Assembly (NCBI GenBank): GCA_002269645.1
Contig: NIVC01004189.1
Span: 1-56,023 of the forward strand
Direction of reading: 5' to 3'
DNA length: 56,023 nt
Source of the DNA: Macrostomum lignano
Lineage: Eukaryota
The notes beneath the pieces are model-generated. The model worked only from the letters and a program-made list of their open reading frames with translations. It ran no database searches and was not told the DNA's origin. Position 1 is the first letter of the stretch. Each line of letters starts with the position of its first letter. Shown here in pieces: positions 11,850 through 22,608 of the stretch. The position numbers and the translations under genes are program-made.

Positions 11850-13110
11850 GAAATTGCATTAGTGAAAATCTTGGTCTGCTATGTGCCTTGACTTCTCAGA
11901 GAGTTCCATGATGACTGTCCATTCCAAGAGAGGCCAATACAACCTCAACTCTGCCAACTCTGCCAGTCTGGCCCTTATTATAACCAATGAGTGTTTTTGC
12001 AGATGCTAGTCTAGTCTGGCATAGATTAAAAAATGTTTGGTGTGCCAAGGCTCAAGCTAAGGTAAAGAAAGAGAGGACCAATGGTATTTGGTGCACTTTT
12101 GCATTTTGTCCAGTACTTAAAGAACTGTTTGGCATAATTTGACTTTTTTTTATCCTTGGCTACAATATGGAGTCTGTCAAGGACACTGGATAAAGTTTAA
12201 TCCCAAATGGTAACAAGTGGAGACTTGGGCAAGACAAGACCATAAATTGCCATAATTTCACTTGCTATACTTCACTATGCTAGTGACATTCACAAGCCAC
12301 TTGTGGAGACTTAGGGCAGGTCTGAAAGAGACTTAATAATAATAGGGCAAGGGGTTCTGGTGAAGTGCAACTCAGTTTGAACTTAAGGGGACAAATGTTT
12401 CATGAATTTTATTGACTCTATTAAAATTTGTCTGATGAAAAGGTAACTAATGTTGCTATAGGCCCTATATGAAATCTAAGGATTATCTAAAACTATCCAA
12501 ACTATTATTGAAGACATTTTTAGCCACCTACCATTTTTGTGTTCTGTTCCAGCAATGACAGGAAATACTTTTAGCAAGTTTTTACACAAAAAGGGCATGC
12601 CCGCATCAAGAGTCACACCAACCATACTTTAAGAGTACAGATTTCTATTGGCTACTGAGAAGCAGCAACTGAAGAATGTGGCTAAAAGGAGGCCCATGAC
12701 CTTCTGGCGCATGGTGAAAGAAATTGAAAAGCTTGGGGAGGCAGAAAAGAAAGATTTTCCACTCCTCATGTTTCATTGCAAAGATAATGCTAAGAACAAT
12801 GTTACAATTTCACAGTCCTGCCAAGCACAACTTCTTGATCACTTGCAGGCCATGGTTTTGGTGAGTGAGCAGGGCAATATTAAGTAGCATTCCATTTTTC
12901 CAAGAGATGTGAATACACCTGATTGTCCTCTAATTTAGACTTACCACACTGGCCACAATGTTGCACAAGTTCAAAAGCCAACCACTGCTGCACTACAAGA
13001 TGCCGTGTGCTGTATGGCAATGAAGGCATATCATAAGCTCATCTTGCTTTTGCCTGCTTTAGAGCGAAATATAGCACTGATGCATATTTTAAAAGCAGAA
13101 CAATGTATGC
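11850..13110 (+). mobile_element. Heavily decayed hAT-like transposase remnant
   Basis: Fragments NAKNNVTISQSCQAQLLDHL (DUF4371-like) and KLILLLPALERNI (hATC-like), with Cys/His fragments upstream. There are many stops and the boundaries are approximate. Confidence 0.4.
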
Positions 13111-13189
13111 TTACAGACATGCAGTTTCTTCTCAACATAGGGGTTGTATTACGATGCATTTCTTAACCTAAGTTTCATCGTAAGTCAGA

Positions 13190-13800
13190 ACTTTTAACAC
13201 AGATGAGATAGGTGTTAAGATTGTTCTCAAGATAAAAAAGTTTTGTAGTACAACCACATACTACAAAATTGACATAATCTCCAGCACTCTCAAAACACCT
13301 TTGCAACCTCCTTATCCACTTTTTGAAGGACTCAGCAAATGCTGAAGTGGGCATGGGGTTTGTGAGACCCCTCCAAGGCAGTCTCCACCTCCTTGCTCCT
13401 TGCCAACACATGCGGGCATGCATTGTTCTGATGCAGGAACCAGCCTCTTTGGACAATTTTCGCTGGATGTGGTCTCTCAATATGTCCAACACTCCACAGT
13501 ATTTCTGTACTGTGGACTACATGTAGTAGTCACTGTTCACTGTCTGTCCATGTGGCACATAGTGGGTATACACTAAGCCCTGTTGCAATGTTGCCTACAG
13601 TCTGTATAGTTGGCTCCTGGTTCTGGCCATGACCATCTGAGCTGGCTTCATGGTTGGAGCATAGTTGGTCAAAGATGTGGTGGACTTGACTTTGGGACAA
13701 AGCCTGATCTTGGTGAATATCTTGCAAGTGCTTTAACCACTCCAATGCCGATTTTCCTGCCACAAAGAAGTCCACAACAACTTCTCTTTGATGGACAATT
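13190..13800 (-). mobile_element. Degenerate mariner transposase remnant
   Basis: N-terminal HTH-like FVAGKSALEWLKHLQDIHQDQALSQSQV, a WFLHQNNACPH motif (cf. mariner W.LHHDNA..H) across a frameshift, and C-terminal SFKKWIRRLQRCFESAGDYV. TIRs were not resolved. Confidence 0.75.
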
Positions 13801-15440
13801 TTAAGTCTTGATAAATAGTGTAGGAGTAACTTCAGTAAAGTTAAAAGTGAGCTGCAGAGAGATATAGATAAGATAAGATAGAAAGCTTAAAATGATGGAC
13901 TAAGGAGTGGATAAGTTTTTCTTTTAGTCTATGACTTTTTTCCTCAGAGCATAAACTGGTTTTTGACAAAAGCATCAGTCTTATATTTAGCCAGACAGCC
14001 CTCGTATTATGTGCTAATTTATATATTTCACTTCTTTAGATGATGCCGGCATGCTTGGCCCAGTTCCCTGGAATGAACTGGCTAGGGACAACACCCAATC
14101 AGAGAACTTTAAAGTTCTAGGATTTTTTGTCCCAAGTTTATTTTCAAATCCACGGGATTTGAAAGTCGCGGCATGCAAGGAGATCTTTCTGAATGGCATC
14201 GAATTTGTTTGAAGGCCCAAATTTGTTCAAAGTGAAGCTCCTGTAATGCTGGATGACTTGCTTTGTGATCCTGACGGCGCCTTGACCTAAACAGTGTAGC
14301 CAGATATTAGAATTTTTAGGCATTTTATAACAAAGCCTATAGTCATTTCCAGCCTTTCTGGTCTTGCGACCTATAGCAGTCTGATTTGCCTGCAGTCTTC
14401 CTATTGCTTGTGTGCCATTTGGGTTGCTGCAGTTTTGCAACTAGTGTTTGTATGCGCCTACTTTTGTGAAAATGAAAGTTAGTTTAACAGTAATTAGCAA
14501 ACTAAGTTAGTTTGCTTAGTTACAATCAAATATGGCAAAATATTGTGAATTTTGTTAATAAAGATCAAATGTGTTTATTTTTTTTATTTATAGCAATCTG
14601 TGTTCTCGTTTCTTTAAAATGTGTTTGGTGCCTTCTTTAGAGTAAAGACAATTTTAGAAAGTTTTGCCCAGTCACTTCCTAGCTCTGTTGGATATTTTTT
14701 GACTTCTGTTCTTGGTACCTTCTAGCATGCCCTATGTCCCCACATTGCTAACTAAGTGAAGTTTCTTGTGAAGTTAATTTGACAATCATTATTCATAGTT
14801 TTAATGTAGAACAATCCATTACTACAAGCAATGTATAGTTGCGTATGTGGTTTGAGAGATTGACAATGATTAAGTTTCATGAGTGGTTGCCACACATTGT
14901 CTCATAGATAAATGCTTTTGATCAGCATTGAACAATCCATCATTGTTTCATGATAAAGTGAATCTAATTGTTCAACGCTAAAAAAAGATGAGAAATTTTG
15001 GTTGCATGAGGCCATAGACATAAAGCAAATCTGATTATTCAATGCTAAAAAGACAAGAATTTTGGTTGCTTGAGGCCATAGACATAAATTTTCTTGGCTA
15101 GATTGAAGCTTGTAAAAGCCTGTGTGTACTATTTAGACGATAATAGACAGACAAACACCATTGAGATTATTTTTTCTTGTCAAGCAAAAAACTGAAAATG
15201 ATAAATTGGAAGCATCTACTGGTAGAATATTTGGATAGAGTATCATCCAAGGAGTTGCAGTTTCTGTCAAATGTGAGCTTTCTAGATCACAGCCAAGACC
15301 AAGACCTGAAGGACTTCATTGACTTCATAACTGATCATAGCAGGAACGACAACAATGTGCTAGATGTGCAGTTGCTGGATGAAGACGTCGTAGCCATTAG
15401 CGGTGCTAGTAGCGTAGCCAGTGATGGACTATTGTCTTAG

Positions 15441-15992
15441 TTGGATAATGCCGAGCTGCAATTGCTGCCAAAAACAACCAGGAATCAAATGATTCAGCAC
15501 GGCAGCAAATTTATAAATTACATAGATTTATTTAGTGTACACAGACAAACATTGGCTACAATCAGAGCTGAACAATTAAACAAGTATTTGCAACTCTATT
15601 ACTTTTGTCTGAAGAAACCTGATGGTGAGCTATATTCAGCCACAAGTTTTGTTTGCATTAGAGCTGGAATACAACGTAGGCCTACTTTTGTCATGTCATC
15701 AAGCAAGAAATAAACCTGGTTGGCAGTTCCAAGTTTTCAACATCAAATTGAATGCTACAGGTCAGGGTTTGAGAATTTCAATCTGCAGGAAGGCGGAGGC
15801 AACCTCAAGCATTATGAACCTATTGAGCTAGGTGATTTAGCCAAGTTACAAGAATACTTTAATTGCACTACTGGAGAGAGGCTGCAAGACAAAACCTTAT
15901 TAATGCTACTCTATGTCTTAGGCAAGCGCAGCTATAATATGAACATAATTAGGCCCACAACTAGTTTGTTATACTGCGATAATTTCTATTAA
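15441..15992 (+). mobile_element. Crypton (tyrosine-recombinase, DUF3504-type) transposon remnant, frameshifted and truncated
   Basis: QLNKYLQLYYFCLKKPDGELYSATSFVCIRAGIQR and GGGNLKHYEPIELGDLAKLQEYF...LQDKTLLMLLYVLGKRS match the Crypton/DUF3504 N-terminal blocks. The catalytic C-terminus is absent. Confidence 0.7.
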
Positions 15993-17084
15993 TTGCCTCA
16001 CATCATGTGGCACCTTTTTAAACCCCACATCAGATTTAAATGTGAAATTTATGTCAATGAAAATTTTGATATGATTTGCTTCTTTATTACTAATTAGTAT
16101 ATTTATACTACTTACTTCAATATGTCAAAAGATAATGCTGTTTTTCAGCTACAAATAGATCATTATCTTTATAACAATCAAAAAAGAAGCAAAAAAACAT
16201 TTTGCCTTAAAGTTTCTACCTAGAAGCTTAAAATCTGTATTTTTCTGATCTCATGATTGAATCCCAGGATTGGCCAAATTCTGGGATTAAAATCCCAGGA
16301 TCCTAGGGTTGCAAAAAACTGGGATTTTGCAATTTGCAAAATTTTACAATTTAGCAATCTGAATCTAGGTGTAGGTGGCTGTGTCTATAAGTTTCTGTAT
16401 TATAGACACGGCCACCATGTCTCTAAGTGTGGCGTAAAGAAAGTTTGTATTGAACATTAAATTTAAAATAGCCTAGGGGCCTAGGCCTATTTGTTGCATA
16501 GGAAAATTAGGCCTATGCATTGTCCATTGATATAAAAAAATTCTGCATTTGAGTTGGCGTCCATCTAGGAAGAGATGTGCGTTAAACCCGGTCGATTCAC
16601 TCAGCTTTAGATTTAAAAAATAGCCTATATAGCCGGATCCGGAAAATTTGCAGATTTCTAATTTAAGTTTCAACGCTGACTTGCAAGTCTAGGAATAGTG
16701 ATCGAACATACACACACAGACAAACAACGCATCACTTTTAGTATACAAATTTGCAGTTTTCCCATATGCAGGTTTCGACGCTAAATTGACACGCCACTAG
16801 TCTAGGAGTTCAATTGCAATAGTAGGCCTATATTATGTATATAGAGTCAGATTTTTAAAAGCTTGCCTTTATGTTGACTTTATAGCATTTCAAATAGCCG
16901 TCGATTTTCCAGGAAGTTTGTTGGTATTAAGACAAATTTTCTTGAAAGCTAGGAAAGCTAGGATTTCTAAGCTTCCTAACTGTTTTGCTGTGCTAAAAAA
17001 TTCTCTTTTTCAAAATTCTCATATGGATTGGGATGTGTTTAAGCACATTGGCTTATAGTTTTTATTCTTATTGCATATCGCTTA

Positions 17085-18377
17085 GGGTGCGTTCGAGTGA
17101 CTTAAAATGACTTAAACTGCCATTTTAACGTCCTTAGTAAAACAAATGTTAAGCAGACTAAATGTAAAAATAATCTAGGTAAATGATAGTCAAATTACAA
17201 TTAAGAATTAATTCAATTTCTAAAACCGGTCTAAGATTAAAAAACGTCACCTATACTTCTTCCAACTCAACCTGAACGCCTAGGCACCGTTTTAACTTCG
17301 CTCGCAATTACCACATTTAATCGTAATTGAATATTTTGTATTCTTCACCTTTGTTCTATCATTTGCTTTCACGTCCTTTTGCTCAGTTCGCTGCCCGTCA
17401 TTATAGTCTTTGAATAATTGCTTAGTACTAATATTGTTTATTTATTAATCGTTATTACATAGTAGTTTATTTGGACTTGGAATATAGTCACTATTATTGT
17501 TGCTACTGTTATTATTTTTCTATTGGAGTTTTGTACTTTTTCAGCTTGGTTCTTATTCTTCAATATAGTATCTGAGTGAACTTCATGTTATAGTTTTGTC
17601 TTTCTATTTATTCCGTAGCTATTCATATTGTAATACCAAGGAATTATTCACTTTGGTTAAATCATATTATTTATTGCTATCTGGCCTATTTTTTTCTCAA
17701 TGTATTGTTGACTGACTTACCTTGTTTTTTATTCTTTTGCTTAGCAATTTGCTTAGCAGTTAGCAATAAAATAATATGATTCAACCAAAGTGAATAATTC
17801 CTTTGTATGATAGAAAGACAATACTATAGAAAACTATAGATACTATATTATAGAATACAATATACAATACTATACTATAGATACAATACTATCGAATAAA
17901 TAGAAAGACAAAACTATAACATGAAGTTCACTCAGATACTATATTGAAGAATAAGAACCAAGCTGAAATAGTGACTATATTCCAAGTCCAAATAAACTAC
18001 TACGTAATAACAATTAATAAATAAACAATATTAGTACTAAGCAATTATTCAAAGACTATTATGACGGGCAGCGAACTGAGCAAAAAGACGTGAAAGCAAA
18101 TGATAGAACAAAGGTGAAGAATACAAAATATTCAATTACGATTAAATGTGGTAATTGCGAGCGAAGTTAAAACGGTGCCTAGGCGTTCAGGTTGAGTTGG
18201 AAGAAGTATAGGTGACGTTTTTTAATCTTAGACCGGTTTTAGAAATTGAATTAATTCTTAATTGTAATTTGACTATCATTTACCTAGATTATTTTTACAT
18301 TTAGTCTGCTTAACATTTGTTTTACTAAGGACGTTAAAATGGCAGTTTAAGTCATTTTAAGTCACTCGAACGCACCC
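17085..18377. mobile_element. Non-autonomous foldback DNA transposon, PIF/Harbinger-type, ~490-bp inverted arms
   Basis: Arms 17085-~17612 and ~17890-18377 are near-perfect reverse complements (the left arm has an extra ~47 bp). Termini are GGGTGCGTTCGAGT, and a TTA target duplication lies at 17082-17084 and 18378-18380. Confidence 0.88.
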
Positions 18378-18380
18378 TTA

Positions 18381-21300
18381 GCCATATGGCCCTATGGGGC
18401 AGGATACGAATGCCAACGTCAATTAGACGGCGGGCAGTCTTAGCCCTGCGGACGAAGATGTCCAGCGGGGGAATGTTGAGGAAAGCGTTGAGGCCATCGT
18501 AATGGAGCAGACGGCGGGGCGCTCATGATCATGCGGCATGCGCGCCCTTCGTTCAACTGAGAGCCTTCAGGCAGGTCTCTTCATCTGCAGGGCGCAAGCC
18601 CAGATCAGGCCGCCGTATAAAGAGACAGCAGGTCTAACCATTGCAGTGTAGATCCACCAGAGACGCTTGGGGTGAGCCCCAAGGTGGTGCCGACGGCCCT
18701 GCGCAGTTGCGCTAGGACTTCGAGGGCCTTTTTGGCTTTAGCTTAAACGTGGGGTGGATCAGTTCAGCGTGTGGTCAAGGGTAATTCAAAGACATTTAGT
18801 CTGCTTGCAGAGAGGGATTTCAGCGGCTGAATTTGCCACAATTGGTCCTGTTGGTGAACATGATCGCTCCATCTTAGTCTCAGAGAGCTTTAACCACAAC
18901 AATGCGCCTACTGCTCAGCGGCGTAGATAAAGTTTTGAAGAAGGTCCCTGAGGGTGTCAGAGGACGGACCAGACGCCACCGCGGGTGGTGACATCGTCCG
19001 CATATCCTACTTTCAGAATGGGGTCAGGCCGAGCATCCTGAAGAAGCTCATCGATGACCATATTCCAGAGAACTGGAGACAGCACCCCACGTTGCAGGCT
19101 ACCTTAGCAGATGAGGACCGTCCGCTGGTAGCCCAGACTGGCGGTGGACGTGCTGTGGCTGATCATGTACATGATCCACCTGGTGAGATGTGAGTGCGTT
19201 TGGCCCTCACAACGGCTTCGCTATGGGGATCTTTCTAGACATCATGGGCGCCTTCGACAACTTCCTCTTCGAGACGTTCCAAAGCTTTTTGAACGACTCG
19301 AAGAGGAAGTAGTCGAAGGCGCCATGATGTCTAGGAAGATACCCAGAGCGAAGCCGTTTCCAAGCACGGCCTTCTTAAGTTTATCGACCAAGACGTGCAG
19401 TGCGCTTTCAGTGGAGCAACAACTCGAAAGCGTGCTGGTTTTCGCTGAGAAAGCTTGACCAGGTAGGAGGTCAGGATGATTGGTCTGAAGTATTTGATAT
19501 ATAGAATGGTAGTCCGAAGGCCTGGCTTAGGTATGAAAATCACCTTTGCTTCGGTCCAAGCCTGTTGGACATAACGAAGCAGGATGCATGCCCGGAAAAG
19601 GCCGTCGGGTCCTGGAGCTTTGAAAGGTTTGAATCGAAGGAGTTGCCCGTTCTTCCAATGCGGTCCTCCGTGATGATAGAGGGAGCCAGCGCGTGACCTC
19701 CTTCAGAGTGGTCCGGAGTGGTCAGCAGGTTGACCGGCTCGTTGGGGAAAAATGCAAGAGAGCATTACATCAAGCATTTCACTGGGTTTGTCCGTGAACG
19801 TTCCGTCCGGGTTAGGGAATCAGTGTTTCTGGCGTTCTGTCTCCACGTAACAAAATTTGGGCTGCGCGCGGCCATCAGGTTGAAGGAGATAAACTTGTGA
19901 TTGGAGAGTGAGGACGCTGAAAACACCCGCCACGCTCCAATGCTATGGTAGAGCCTGGGTGTTGCGAGTGTGACATCGATAACCTCCGACCACCGACCGT
20001 TGTCAAATGTATGGGTGGACCCAGAGTTGCAAAACTCAAGGGTCGTGGAGGCAAAATAAACTCGGTGGTTTCAATCCAGCCTTCTGGCTGTTGGGGTGGA
20101 GCGCGAGAACCCGCTCAAGGAGGCTCCTAGCCTGGTACAGCGGCGTTGAATCTGACCGGACCTCCGGGTGCTCCTGACAGGTCTGCGGTTGCGGTTGCCG
20201 GATTTAGCAGCGCGAACTGCCCTACCGGACTGGGAATCGGCCGTTTGCCTCTGCTTCTTTGCTGGAGGAGCCTGGGCTCCAGTTCCGGTTTCGGAAGCCT
20301 CAGCATGCTAATTGGCTCCGTCAGCTTTCCGCCCTTACAGCGAAGGGTGGTCAGCTGAGCCAGGCCAAGGTGGATCGTGGACTCAGGCGACAAGCGATTA
20401 GTCCAGGCGTCAGAGAGCCCTAAGATCACCGTGCCCGCTTCTCCTTGTGGGAAGTGGCGTGGTGTAGGAGCCCGTTGACCTCGAGGTCAGGGTGCACCTT
20501 TTGCAGGATCTGCCTAAGCTGATCCCCTGACTTGATGGCACTGCCGGCCGGGATCCAGACGCGAAAGCGCTGGGTCTTTTGTCGCACGCCCTCGCTTGCG
20601 AAGACGAGTTAGCCGAGCTTCTTTAGCCAATTCAATTTCGGCAGAAGCTCCTTAGACTGCGGCTGCTCTCCTCCGAGTTGCACCAGATGAAGATACAGCT
20701 AGCCGTCAGTCTTTGCTGATCTGACTACGCTCACGGAGCGGCCTGCCAGGAGCTGGTCAATATAAGCGCGGCGTTGATGGTGCACCAGGCACTGTCGAGC
20801 TCATCGGCAGTGAGGTCTTGCTCCTCCCCGAAGACGATGACCGCCGGTTGGAGCTTGACCTTTAAGGCGTAGTTGGTGGTCCCGAAGGCCCGGCCGTGCT
20901 GATGGCAGGTTTGCTGGGTGGCATACCATCGGGGGTTGTTTCCTGGGGGGCAGGGGTTGCTGTGGTTCCTATATCGGCCTAACAGCGGCCTCGCCCTCCC
21001 GAGGTTTCTCCCTCCGCAAGTGGCCAGCCCGCAGCTTCCCTGTCCCGTTGTCGCCGTCGTCGCTCATTCCGGCGTTGGTTACGAGCACGTCGGGCCTCTG
21101 CAGAGGGCCTGGGTGCGCATGTGGGCTTGTCGCCAGACGAGCCGGCGTCGAGCCCAACTGCCCTCAATGTGGCGGTGCTGGCGCAAGAATCACCGGCTGG
21201 AGTTGCCGGGGTCCCGGCTTCAGCGGGATTGTTAGAGGCGGTGGATGTTATTGCTGAAAGCGGGAATTAGTGAGCGGAGTCACAAAAATAATGAAAAAAG

Positions 21301-21700
21301 TAGAAAAGGACCGCTAGCGACCGGACTACTCCCCGACCTTCCAGCTCATCGGCACGGTCAAACACCTTAGACATCAGAAGGTACGTTAAGCAGTACCACG
21401 GCCTGCAGGCTGGCGAGCCAGTTTCACATACCCAAGTTCGGCCAAAGCCACTGGAGGGTACCCAGCGTCGGAGCCCAGTCTGTCCAGCGGTCCTAGGGTT
21501 TGCTTTGAACACACGCAGGGACGGGTACCCCTGGGTTGGCTTGCGAGACAGCCTGGTGGGGGGGGGTCTGCGGCAGCCGGATGCAAATAAAGGGTGCAGA
21601 CCTCCCACCAGCCTTAACCTGCTGAAGATAGGGGCAGGCGTGAAGCATCGCAGACCTTAGCCCATAGGCCTAGTCTGCCTCATACTTCACTGGCATGCTG
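18381..21700 (-). mobile_element. Degenerate non-LTR retrotransposon (LOA/R1-group-like LINE)
   Basis: ORF1 fragment resembles DUF4780 (RFRVWIP...LRQILQKVHPDL). Also seen: the APE endonuclease C-terminus (EVIDVTLAT...WRV...SLSNHKFI), RT motifs VLSPVLWNMVIDELL and a frameshifted YADD, and the downstream WIYTAMVRP...LNIPPLDIF block. Many stops; the 5' boundary is approximate. Confidence 0.8.
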
Positions 21701-22608
21701 AATTCGCCTTTGCGTGGGTGTATAGCTGTATAGCTCAAGTCAGGAACGAAATTTCAACTTTTTATTTTATATTTATCAATAGCGACGGTACAAGTTAAGG
21801 ACAGTGTATACAGTGGTCCTTGCGACAGTATTTTACGATTGTGAATCGTATTAATTTGATTAAGGACTTAAGTTAAATATCACGGGAGCAGCTGTGGCGC
21901 ATGGTACCTAGCTAGTATATATACATGTAGCAACTGTAGTAGCTGGCTGCTACGAGTTTAGAGCTTTTGGAAATTTTGGTTATAGCGCTCTGTGGCAAGT
22001 ATATTTCTTGTCTTATTATAAAGCTCGGGGCTTTTCTACCCAGAGTACTAACTGCAGTTGGCGCTGCAATCTGGTTTTAATTTTCAATTTCCTCAAACAC
22101 AAGCATGTTTTGCTTGATAAGTAAAAAAAATTACTGCTAGACGACGCATCTCCCAGGAAATCATGTGATTCATGACGCACTGTACGTTTGCATACGAACG
22201 ATACGAGCGTACACCAAGAGAGAAGAAAGATTTCTTGTGCCAGAGGCACAAGATATGGGGCGGGGTTTCTCAGAAATACAGATGAAGCTGAGCAATCTAG
22301 GAGCGAGATATGACGTTCAACCGAAGCTGCACAACCCTCTCTCCCACTACCGAGTTGCCATTGGTTATATTCAAATCCCATCTCCAAATCTTCTTCTCTT
22401 CCCCTTGAACCCCCACGCGCTTGTTTCATTTTAACTCCCATTTAGCTATGCGCGCGACAATCTTGGGTCTGATAAGTGTTGATAAAACGGCGAGAGGTCG
22501 CGGGCTTAGACTATATTTTTTTCGTTTTACCGGCCATAATATTAACAAAGGCAATCTCCTAAACGACTGATATTCAGCAAATTAGCCCGCAATTGAAACC
22601 TATGCAGG

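Noticed and set aside
20918-21608. Cluster of GC-rich ORFs including a CPQCGG string
   Set aside because: These are alternative or antisense frames of the decayed LINE ORF1 and 5' region.
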